Below are positions 1-13,900 of a DNA stretch of 64,000 nucleotides, piece after piece. Below the pieces are notes generated by a model, which did not search any database, was not told the DNA's origin, and worked only from the letters and a program-made list of their open reading frames with translations. The position numbers and the translations under genes were made by a program. This stretch comes from Eledone cirrhosa (Eukaryota), in assembly GCA_964016885.1 (NCBI GenBank), contig OZ024756.1, forward strand, positions 9,610,001 to 9,674,000, read 5' to 3'. Positions within the stretch are counted from its first letter, which is position 1. The number at the start of each line of letters is the position of its first letter.

Positions 1-2950
1 ACCAACCACCAACCAACCACCAACCACCAACCAACCACCAACCAACCACCAACCACCAACCAACCACCAACCAACCACCAACCACCAACCACCAACCAAC
101 CACCAACCAACCACCAACCAACCACCAACCACCAACCAACCACCAACCAACCACCAACCAACCACCAACCAACCACCAACCACCAACCAACCACCAATCA
201 CCAACCACCAACCACCAACCACCAACCAATCACCAACCAACCACCAACCACCAACCACCAACCAATCACCAACCAACCAACCACCAACCACCAACCACCA
301 ACCACCAACCAACCACCAACCACCAACCACCAACCAACCACCAACCAACCACCAACCACCAACCAACCACCAACCAACCACCAACCAACCACCAACCACC
401 AACCAACCACCAACCAACCACCAACCACCAACCAACCACCAATCACCAACCAACCAACCACCAACCACCAACCACCAACCACCAACCAACCAACAACCAA
501 CCACCAAGCAACCACCAACAAGCAACCAACCAACCACCAACCACCAACCAACCACCAATCACCAACCACCAACCACCAACCACCAACCAATCACCAACCA
601 ACCACCAACCACCAACCACCAACCAACCACCAACCACCAACCACCAACCAACCACCAACCACCAACCACCAACCAAAAACCAACCACCAACCACCAACCA
701 CCAACCAACCACCAACCACCAGCCACCAACCAACCACCAATCACCAACCACCAACCACCAACCACCAACCACCAACCAACCACCAATCACCAACCACCAA
801 CCACCAACCACCAACCAACCACCAACCAACCACCAACCACCAACCAACCAACCACCAACCACCAACCACGAACCACCAATCACCAACCAACCACCAACCA
901 CCAACCACCAACCACCAACCAACCACCAACCAACCACCAACCAACCACCAACCACCAACCAACCACCAACCACCAATCACCAACCACCAACCAACCACCA
1001 ATCACCAACCACCAACCACCAACCAATCACCAATCAACCCCCAACCACCAACCAACCACCAACCACCAACCACCAACCAACCACCAACCACCAACCACCA
1101 ACCAACCACCAACCACCAACCACCAACCACCAACCAACCACCAACCAACCACCAACCACCAACCAACCACGAATCACCAACCACCAACCACCAACCAATC
1201 ACCAACCAACCACCAACCACCAACCAACAACCACCAACCACCAACCACCAACCAACCACCAACCACCAACCACCAACCACCAACCAACCACCAACCAACA
1301 ACCACTAACCAACCACCAACCACCAACCACCAACCACCAACCAACCACCAACCACCAACCACCAACCACCAACCAACCACCAATCACCAACCACCAACCA
1401 CCAACCAATCACCAACCAACCACCAACCACCAACCAACCACCAACAACCAACCACCAACCACCAACCACCAACCACCAACCAACCAACCAACCACCAACC
1501 AACCACCAACCACCGACCACCAACCATCAACCAACCACCAACCAACCACCAACCACCAACCACCAACTATCAACCAACCAACCATCAACCAACCAGCCAC
1601 CAACCACCAATCACCAACAATTCACCAACCAACCACCAACCACCAACCACCAACCACCAACCAACCACCAACCAACCATCAACCACCAACCACCAACCAA
1701 CCACCAACCACCAACCAACCAACCACCAACTAACCACCAACCACCAACCAACCACCAATCACCAACCAACCAACAACCACCAACCACCAACCACCAACCA
1801 ACCACCAATCACCAACCAATCACAACCAACCACCAACCACCAACCAACCACCAATCACCAAACACCAACCAACCACCAAGAACCACCAAGCACCAACCAC
1901 TAACCAACCACCAACCACCAACCAACCACCAACCACCAACCACCAACCACCAACCACCAACCAACCACCAACCAACCACCAACCACCAACCACCAACAAA
2001 CCACCAACCACCAACCACCAACCAACCACCAACCAACCACCAACCCACCACCAATCACCAATCAACCACCAAACACCAACCACCAACCAACCACCAACCA
2101 ACCACCAACCACCAATCAGCAACCAATCACCAACCAACCACCAACCACCAACCACCAACCAACCACAAATCACCAACCACCAACCAACCACCAAGAACCA
2201 CCAACCACCAACCACTAACCAACCACCAACCAACCACCAACCACCAACCACCAACCACCAACCAACCACCAACCAACCACCAACCACCAACCAACCACCA
2301 ACCACCAACCACCAACCAACCACCAACCAACCGCCAACCAACCACCAACCACCAATCACCAACCAATCCTTAACAAACCACCAACCACCAACCACCAATC
2401 ACCAACCACCAACCAACCACCAAGAACCACCAACCACCAACAACTAACCAACAACCAACCAACCACCAACCACCAACCACCAACCAACCACCAACCAACC
2501 ACCAACCACCAATCACCAACCAACCACCAAACACCAACCACCAAACACCAACCACCAACCAACCACCAACCAACCACCAACCACCAACCAACCACCAACC
2601 ACCAAACACCAACCACCAACCAACCACCAACCAACCAACAACCACCAACCAACCACCAACCAACCACCAACCACCAACCACCAACCAACCACCAACCCAC
2701 CACCAACCACCAATCACCAACCAATCACCAACCAACCACCAACCACCAACCAACCAGCAACCACCAACCACCAACCACCAACCACCAACCAACCACCAAT
2801 CACCAACCAACCAACCACCTATCACCAACCACCAACCAACCATCAACCAGCCAACCAACCACCAACCAACCCACCAACCACCAATCACCAACCACCAACC
2901 AACCACCAACCACCAACCAACCAATCACCAACCAACCACCAACCACCAAC
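1..2950. repeat. Left subdomain of array 1: 7/11-bp units with CCAATCA variants
   Basis: Dominated by ACCAACC with usually one or two AACC per ACC and few G-containing variants. Boundary approximate. Confidence 0.75.
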
Positions 2951-5900
2951 CACTAACCACCAATCACCAACAAACCAACCACCAACCAACCAACCAACCA
3001 ACCAACAACCAACCAATCAACCACCAACCAACCACCAGCCAACGAGCCAACCAACGAGCCAACCAACAGTCCACCAACCAATCAACCACCAACCAACCAG
3101 ACAACTAACAAACCCATAAACCAACCAGCAACCACCAATCAACAAACCAACCACCAACCAACCAACCAAACACCAACCAACCACCCACCAACCAACCAAC
3201 CAACAACCAATCAACCAACCACCAACCAACCATCAACCAAACATCCAACCAGCCAACCAACCACCAACCAACCACCAACCAACCACCAACCAACCATCAA
3301 CCAACCATCCAACCAGCCAACCAACCACCAACCAACCAACCAACCACCAACCAACCACCAACCACCAACAATCCACCAACCACCAACCAGCCAACCACCA
3401 ACCACCAACCAACCAACCACCAACCAACCACCAACCACCAACCACCAACCAACCAATCACCAACCAACAAACCACCTATCACCAACCACCAACCAAACCT
3501 CAGCCAACCAACCACCAACCAACCACCAACCAACCCACCAACCACCAATCACCAACCACCAACCAACCACCGGCCACCAGCCACCAACCAACCAATCACC
3601 AACCAACCACCAACCACCAACCACTAACCAACCAATCACCAACCAACAACCAACCAACCACCAACCAACCACCGACCAACCTTCCAACCAACCACCAACC
3701 AATCACCAACCAACCAACCAACCACCAACCACCAACCAACCACAACCACCAATCAGCAACCACCAACCAAACACCAACTAACCACCAACCACCAACCACC
3801 AACCAACCTGCCACTAATTAACCACCTACCAACCAACCAATCACCAACCACCAACCAACCACCAACCAACCAACCACCAAGCAAGCAACCAACCACCAAC
3901 CAACCACCAACCAACCAACCACCAACCACCAACCCACCAACCAACCAACCACCAACCACCAACCAACCAACCAACCAAACACCAACCAAACAACCAACCA
4001 CCAACCAAACACCAACCAACCAACCAATCACCAACCAAACAACCACCAACCAACCAGCCAACCAACCACCAACCACCAACCATCAACCACCAAAAACCAA
4101 CCAGCCAACAAGCCAACCAACCAACCAACCACCAACCAACCCACCACCAACCAACCAACCACCAACCAACCAACCACCAACCACCAACCAACCAACCAAT
4201 CAGCAACCAAACAACCAACCACCAACCAAACACCAACCAACCAATCACCAACCAAACAACCACCAACCAACCAACCACCAACCATCAACCACCAACCACC
4301 AACCAGCCAACAAGCCAACCAACCAGCCAACCAACCACCAACCAACCAACCACCAACCAACCAACCCCCAACCAACCAACCACCAACCAACCACCAGCCA
4401 ACGAGCCAACCAACCATCCAACTAACCAACCACCAACCAATCACCAAACAACCAACCAGCCAACCAACAAACCAACCAACCTCGAACCAACCAACCACCA
4501 AACAACCAACCAACAAACCAACCAACCAACCACCAACCAACCTCCCACCAACCACCAACCACCAACCAACCAATCACCAACCAAACCACCAACCAACCAC
4601 CAACCAACCCTCCAACCAACCACCAACCAATCACCAACCAACCAACCAACCACCAACCACCAACCAACCACAACCACCAATCACCAACCACCAACCAACC
4701 ACCAACAAACCACCAACCACCAACCAACCACCAACCACCAACCACCAACCAACCAACCACCAATTAACCACCTACCAACCAACTAATCACCAACCACAAA
4801 CCAACCACCAACCAACCCTCCAACCAACCACCAACCAACCACCAATCAACCACCAACCAACCAACCACCCAAACAATCAAACCAACCACCAACCACCAAC
4901 CAACCAACCACCAACCAACCAGGCAACCAACAAACCAACCACCGTGCAACCAACCACCAACCAGCCAACCACCAACCAACCACCAACCAACCACCAAACA
5001 GCCAACAAGCCAACAAACCAGCTAACCAACCAACCACCAAAAAATCACCAACCAACCACCAACCAACCACCCACCAACCACCAACCAGCCAACAAACCAA
5101 CCAGCCAACCAAACAACCAACCAACCAACCAACCACCAACCAAGCACCAACCAGCCAACAAGCCAACAAACCAGCTAACCAACCAACCACCAACAAATCA
5201 CCAACCAACCACCAACCAACCACCCACCAACCACCAACCAGCCAACAAACCAACCAGCCAACCAAACAACCAACCAACCAACCAACCACCAACCACCCAC
5301 TCACCAACCACCAACCAGCCAACAAACCAACCAGCCAACCAAACAACCAACCAACCACCAACCAACCAACCAACCAACTAACCAATCAACCAACAAACCA
5401 AACAGCCAGCCAACCAACCAAACAGCCAAACAACCAACCAGCCAATCAACCAACCAACCACCAAACAGCCAACCACCAACCAGCCAACCACTAACCAACT
5501 ACTAACCAACAACCACCAGCCAACTAACCAACCATCAACCAACCAACGACCAACACCAACCAATCAACCACCAAACAACCAACCAGCCAACAACGAACCA
5601 ACCACAAACCAACCAACCAACCACCAAGCAAGCAACCAACCAACCACCAACCAACCAACAACCAACCAACGAGCCAACCAACCAACCACCAACCAACCAA
5701 CCACCAACCACCAACCAACCAACCAAACACCAACCAACGAACCAACCACCAACCAAACACCAACCAACCAACCAATCACCAACCAAACAACCACCAACCA
5801 ACCAGCCACACAACCACCAACCAACCAGCCACACAACCACCAACCAACCACCAACCATCAACCACCAACCACCAACCAGCCAACAAGCCAACCAACCAGC

Positions 5901-8900
5901 CAACCACCAACCAACCAACCACCAACCAACCAACCACCAAACCAACCACCAACCAACCACCAGCCAACGAGCCAACCAACCAGCCAACTAACCAACCACC
6001 AACCAATCACCAAACAACCAACCAGCCAACCAACAAACCAACCAACCAACCACCAACCAACCAACCACCAACCAACCAACAAACCAACCAACCACCAACC
6101 AACCACCCACCAACCACCAACCAACAACCAACCACGAACCAACCAACCATCAACCACCAACCACCAACCAGCCAACAAGCCAGCCAACCAGCCAACCACC
6201 AACCAACCAACCACCAACCAACCAACCAACAACCAACCAATCAACCACCAACCAACCACCAGCCAACGAGCCAACCAACGAGCCAACCAACCAACCACCA
6301 AGCAATCAACCACCAACCAACCAGACAACCAACAAACCAATAAACCAACCACCAACCAACCACCAATCAACAAACCAACCACCAACCAACCAAACACCAA
6401 CCAACCACCCACCAACCACCAACCAACCAAACAACCACCAACCAACCATCAACCAACCATCCAACCAGCCAACCAACCACCAACCAACAACCAACCAACC
6501 ACCAACCAACCATCAACCAACCATCCAACCAGCCAACCAACCACCAACCAACCAACCAACCACCAACCAACCACCAACCACCACCCAACCACCAACCACC
6601 AACCAGCCAACCACCAACCAACAACCAACCAACCACCAACCACCAACCAACCACCAACCACCAACCACCAACCAACCAATCACCAACCAACCAACCACCT
6701 ATCACCAACCACCAACCAACCATCAACCAGCGAACCAACCACCAACCAACCCACCAACCACCAATCACCAACCACCAACCAACCACCAACCACCAACCAA
6801 CCAATCACCAACCAACCACCAACCACCAACCACCAATCACCAACAAACCAACCACCAACCAACCAACCAACAACCAACCAATCAACCACCAACCAACCAC
6901 CAGCCAACGAGCCAACCAACGAGCCAACCAACAGACCACCAACCAATCAACCACCAACCAACCAGACAACTAACAAACCCATAAACCAACCAGCAACCAC
7001 CAATCAACAAACCAACCACCAACCACCAACCAACCAACCAAACACCAACCAACCACCCACCAACCAACCAACCAACCAACAACCAATCAACCAACCACCA
7101 ACCAACCATCAACCAACCATCCAACCAGCCAACCACCAACCAACCACCAACCAACCACCAACCAACCATCAACCAACCATCCAACTAGCCAACCAACCAA
7201 CCACCAACCAACCAACCACCAACCAACCACCAACCACCAACAATCCACCAACCAACCACCAACCAGCCAACCACCAACCACCAACCAACCAACCACCAAC
7301 CAACCACCAACCACCAACCACCAACCAACCAATCACCAACCAACAAACCACCTATCACCAACCACCAACCAACCCTCAACCAGCCAACCAACCACCAACC
7401 AACCCACCAACCACCAATCACCAACCACCAACCAACCACCAACCACCAGCCACCAACCAACCAATCACCAACCAACCACCAACCACCAACCACCAACCAA
7501 CCAATCACCAACCAACAACCAACCAACCACCAACCAACCACCGACCAACCTTCCAACCAACCACCAACCAATCACCAACCAACCAACCAACCACCAACCA
7601 CCAACCAACCACAACCACCAATCAGCAACCACCAACCAAACACCAACTAACCACCAACCACCAACCAACCACCAACCACCAACCAACCTGCCACCAATTA
7701 ACCACCTACCAATCAACCAATCACCAACCACCAACCAACCACCAACCAACCACCAAGCAAGCAACCAACCACCAACCAACCAACAACCAACCATCCACCA
7801 ACCAACCAACCAACCACCAACCAACCAACCACCAACCACAAACCAACCAACCAACCAAACACCAACCAAACAACCAACCACCAACCAACCAACCAATCAC
7901 CAAACAAACAACCACCAACCAACCAGCCAACCAACCACCAACCACCAACCATCAACCACCAAAAACCAACCAGCCAACAAGCCAACCAACCAACCAACCC
8001 ACCACTAACCAACCACCAACCAACCAACCACCAACCAACCACCAGCCAACGAGCCAACCAACCAGACAACTAACCAACCACCAACCAATCACCAAACAAC
8101 CAACCAGCCAACCAACAAACCAACCAACCAACCACCAAACAACCAACCACCAACCAACCAACAAACCAACCAACCAACCACCAACCAACCTCCCACCAAC
8201 CACCAACCACCAACCAACCAATCACCAACCAACAACCAACCAAACCACCAACCAACCACCAATCAACCCTCCAACCAACCACCAACCAATCACCAACCAA
8301 GCAACCACCAACCACCAACCAACCACAACCACCAATCACCAACCACCAACCAACCAGCAACTAACCACCAAACACCAACCAATCACCAACCACCAACCAA
8401 CCACCAACCAACCCTCCAACCAACCACCAACCAACCACCAATCAACCACCAACCAACCAACCACCCAAAGAATCAAACCAACCACCAACCACCAACCAAC
8501 CAACCACCAACCAACCAGCCAACCAACAAACCAACCACCATGCAACCAACCACCAACCAGCCAACCACCAACCAACCACCAACCTACCACCAACAAATCA
8601 CCAACCAACCATCAACCAACCCCCACCAACCACAACCAGCCAACAAACCAACCAGCCAACCAAACAACCAACCAACCAACCACCAACCAACCAACCAACT
8701 AACCAATCAACCAACAAACCAAACAGCCAGCCAACAAACCAACCAACCAACCAGCCAATCAACCAAACAACCACCAAACAGCCAACCACCAACCAGCCAA
8801 CCACTAACCAACTACTAACCAACAACTACCAGCCAACTAACCAACCACCAACCAACAATCAACCAACCAACGACCAACCACCAACCAATCAACCACCAAA

Positions 8901-10900
8901 CAACCAACCAGCCAACAACGAACCAACCACCAACCAACCAACCACCAAGCAAGCAAACAACCAACCACCAACCAACCAACAACCAACCATCCACCAACCA
9001 ACCAACCACCAACCAACCAACCACCAACCACCAACCAACCAACCATCAACTACCAACCACCAACCAGCCAACAAGCCAGCCAACCAGCCAACCACCAACC
9101 AACCACCAACCAACCAACCAACAACCAACCAATCAACCACCAACCAACCACCAGCCAACGAGCCAACCAACGAGCCAACCAACCAACCACCAACCAATCA
9201 ACCACCAACCAACCAGCCAACCACCCACCAACCAACCACCAACCAACCAACCACCAACCAACCAACCAACCACCAACCAACCACCAGCCAACGAGCCAAC
9301 CAACCAGCCAACTAACCAACCACCAACCAATCACCAAACAACCAACCAGCCAACCAACAAACCAACCAACCAACCACCAACCAACCAACCAACCAACCAC
9401 CAACCAAACACCAACCAACCAACCAATCACCAACCAAACAACCACCAACCAACCAGCCAACCAACCACCAACCAACCACCAACCATCAACCACCAACCAC
9501 CAACCAGCCAACAAGCCAACCAACCAGCCAACCAACCACCAACCAACCAACCACCAACCAACCAACCACCAAACCAACCACCAACCAACCACCAGCAAAC
9601 GAGCCAACCAACCAGCCAACTAACCAACCACCAACCAATCACCAAACAACCAACCAGCCAACCAACAAACCAACCAACCAACCACCAGCCAACCAACCAC
9701 CAACCAGCCAACAAACCAACCAACAAACCACCAACCAACCACCCACCAACCACCAACCAACAACCAACCACGAACCAACCAACCATCAACCACCAACCAC
9801 CAACCAGCCAACAAGCCAGCCAACCAGCCAACCACCAACCAACCACCAACCAACCAACCAACAACCAACCAATCAACCACCAACCAACCACCAGCCAACG
9901 AGCCAACCAACGAGCCAACCAACCAACCACCAACCAATCAACCACCAAACCAACCAGCCAACCACCCACCAACCACCCACCAACCAACCAACCACCAACC
10001 AACCAACCACCAACCAACCAACCACCAACCAACCACCAGCCAACGAGCCAACCAACCAGCCAACTAACCAACCACCAACCAATCACCAAACAACCAACCA
10101 GCCAACCAACAAACCAACCAACCACCAACCAACCACCAACCAACCAACAAACCAACCACCAACCAACCACCCACCAACCAACAACCAACCACGAACCAAC
10201 CAACCATCAACCACCAACCACCAACCAGCCAACAAGCCAGCCAACCAGCCAACCACCAACCAACCAACCACCAACCAACCAACCAACAACCAACCAATCA
10301 ACCACCAACCAACCACCAGCGAACGAGCCAACCAACGAGCCAACCAACCAACCACCAACCAATCAACCACCAACCAACCAGACAACCAACACACCAATAA
10401 ACCAACCACCAACCAACCACCAATCAACAAACCAACCACCAACCATCAACCAACCATCCAACCAGCCAATTAACCACCAACCAACCACCAACCAACCACC
10501 AACCAACCATCAACCAACCTTCCAACCAGCCAACCAACCACCAACCAACCAACCAACCACCAACCAACCACCAACCACCAACCAACCACCAACCAACCAC
10601 CAACCAGCCAACCACCAACCAACAACCAACCAACCACCAACCAACCACCAACCACCAACCACCAACCAACCAATCACCAACCAACCAACCACCTATCACC
10701 AACCACCAACCAACCATCAACCAGCCAACCAACCACCAACCAACCCACCAACCACCAATCACCAACCACCAACCAACCACCAACCACCAACCACCAACCA
10801 ACCAAGCACCAACCAACCACCAATCACCAACCACCAACCACCAACCAACCAATCACCAACCAACAACCAACCAACCACCAACCAACCACCAGCCAACCCT
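2800..10900. repeat. Core subdomain of array 1: AACC-rich, more diverged, organised as ~2 copies of a ~3.9-4.0 kb unit
   Basis: Longer (AACC)n runs and frequent AGCC, AACGAGCC, AACAAGCC variants. Landmark CCACCTATCACCAACCACCAACCAACCATCAACCAG has its CCTAT at 2818, 6698 and 10692. Landmark AGACAACTAACAAACCCATAAA has its CCCATAAA at 3113 and 6978. Confidence 0.8.
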
Positions 10901-13900
10901 CCAAACAACCACCAACCAATCACCAACCAACCAACCAACCACCAACCACCAACCAACCACAACCACCAATCACCAACCACCAACCAACCACCAACTAACC
11001 ACCAACCTCCAACCAACCACCAACCACCAACCACCAACCAACCAACCACCAATTAACCACCTACCAACCAACCAATCACCAACCACCAACCAACCACCAA
11101 CCAACCCTCCAACCAACCACCAACCAACCACCAATCAACCTCCAACCAACCAACCACCAACCACCAACCAACCACAACCACCAATCACCAACCACCAACG
11201 AACCACCAACTAACCACCAACCACCAACCAAGCAACAACCACCAACCACCAACCAACCACCAACCAACCACCAACCACCAACCAACCACCAACCAACCAC
11301 CAACCATCAACCCATACACCAACCACCAACCAGCCACCAACCACCAATCACCAACCAATCACCAACCAACCACCAACCACCAACCAACCACCAACCACCA
11401 ACCAACAACCAACAACCAACCACCAACCAACCACCAACCACCAACCATCCACCAACAAACAACCAACCAACCACCAACCAACCACCAACCACCAACCAAC
11501 AACCACCAACCAGCAACCAACCACCAACCACCAACCAACCAACCACCAACCAGCCACCAACAACCAACCGCAAACCAACCACCAACCACCAACCACCAAC
11601 CATCAACCAACCAACCAACCATCAACCAACCAGCCACCAACCACCAATCACCAACCAATCACAAACCAACCACCAACCAACCACCAACCACCAACCACCA
11701 ACCAACCAACCACCAACCACCAACCACCAACCACCAACCACCAACCAACCACCAACCACCAACCAACCAACCACCAACCACCAACCAACCACCAATCACC
11801 AACCAACCACCAACCACCAACCAACCACCAACCACCAACCAACCACCAACCGCCAACCACCAACCAACCACCAATCACCAACCAACCAACCACCAACCAC
11901 CAACCAACCACCAACCAACCACCAACCAATCACCAACCATCAACCAACCACCAACAAACCACCAACCATCAACCAACCACCAACCACCAACCAACCACCA
12001 ACCAACCACCAACCACCAACCAACCACCAACCACCAACTACCAACCAACCACCAACCACCAACCAACCACCAACCACCAACCAACCACCAACCACCAACC
12101 ACCAACCACCAACCACCAACCAACCACCAATCACGAACCACCAACCACCAACCACCAACCAATCACCAACCAACCACCAACCACCAACCACCAACCACCA
12201 ACCAACCACCAACCACCAACCACCAACCAACCACCAACATACCACCAACCACCAACCAACCACCAATCACCAACCAACCAACCACCAACCACCAACCAGC
12301 CACCAACCAACCACCAACCAACCACCAACCACCAACCAACAACCAACCAACCACCAACCACCAACCAACCACCAACCAACCACCAACCAACCACCAACCA
12401 ACCACCAACCAACCACCAACCACCAACCAACCACCAACCACCAACCAATCACCAACCAACCAACCACCAACCACCAACCACCAACCACCAACCAACCACC
12501 AACCACCAACCACCAACCAACCACCAACCAACCACCAACCACCAACCAACCACCAACCAACCACCAACCAACCACCAACCACCAACCAACCACCAACCAA
12601 CCACCAACCACCAACCAACCACCAATCACCAACCAACCAACCACCAACCACCAACCACCAACCACCAACCAACCACCAACCAACCACCAATCACCAACCA
12701 ACCACCAAACACCAACCACCAACCAACCACAAATCACCAACCACCAACCAACCACCAAGAACCACCAACCACCAACCACTAACCAACCACCAACCAACCA
12801 CCAACCACCAACCACCAACCACCAACCAACCACCAACCAACCACCAACCACCAACCAACCACCAACCACCAACCACCAACCAACCACCAACCAACCGCCA
12901 ACCAACCACCAACCACCAATCACCAACCAATCCTTAACCAACCACCAATCACCAACCACAAACCAACCACCAAGAACCACCAACCACCAACAACTAACCA
13001 ACCACCAACCAACCACCAACCACCAACCACCAACCAACCACCAACCAACCACCAACCACCAATCACCAACCAACCACCAAACACCAACCACCAAACACCA
13101 ACCACCAACCAACCACCAACCAACCACCAACCACCAACCAACCACCAACCACCAAACACCAGCCACCAACCAACCACCAACCAACCACCAACCACCAACC
13201 AACCACCAACCACCAACCAACCACCAACCACCAAACACCAACCACCAACCAACCACCAACCAACCACCAACCACCAACCAACCACCAACCAACCACCAAC
13301 CACCAATCACCAACCAATCACCAACCAACCACCAACCACCAACCAACCAGCAACCACCAACCACCAACCACCAACCACCAACCAACCACCAATCACCAAC
13401 CAACCACCAACCACCAACCAACCAACAACAACCAACCACCAACCACCAACCACCGACCACCAACCAACCAACCAACCACCAACCAACCACCAACCACCAA
13501 CCACCAACCATCAACCAACCACCAACCAACCACCAACCACCAACCACCAACCATCAACCAACCAACCATCAACCAACCAGCCACCAACCACCAATCACCA
13601 ACCAATCACCAACCAACCACCAACCACCAACCACCAACCAACCACCAACCAACCATCAACCACCAACCACCAACCAACCACCAACCACCAACCAACCACC
13701 AACCAACCACCAACTAACCACCAACCACCAACCAACCACCAATCACCAACCAACCACCAACCACCAACCACCAACCACCAACCAACCACCAATCACCAAC
13801 CAATCACCAACCAACCACCAACCACCAACCACCAACCAACCACCAATCACCAACCACCAACCAACCACCAAGAACCACCAAGCACCAACCACTAACCAAC

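Noticed and set aside
4944-5381. Plus-strand N/Q/P/T-rich ORFs (also 8540-8818) resembling mucin or prion-like proteins
   Set aside because: The composition is forced by the A/C repeat, the starts are chance GTG/ATG variants, and there is no signal peptide or non-repetitive domain.
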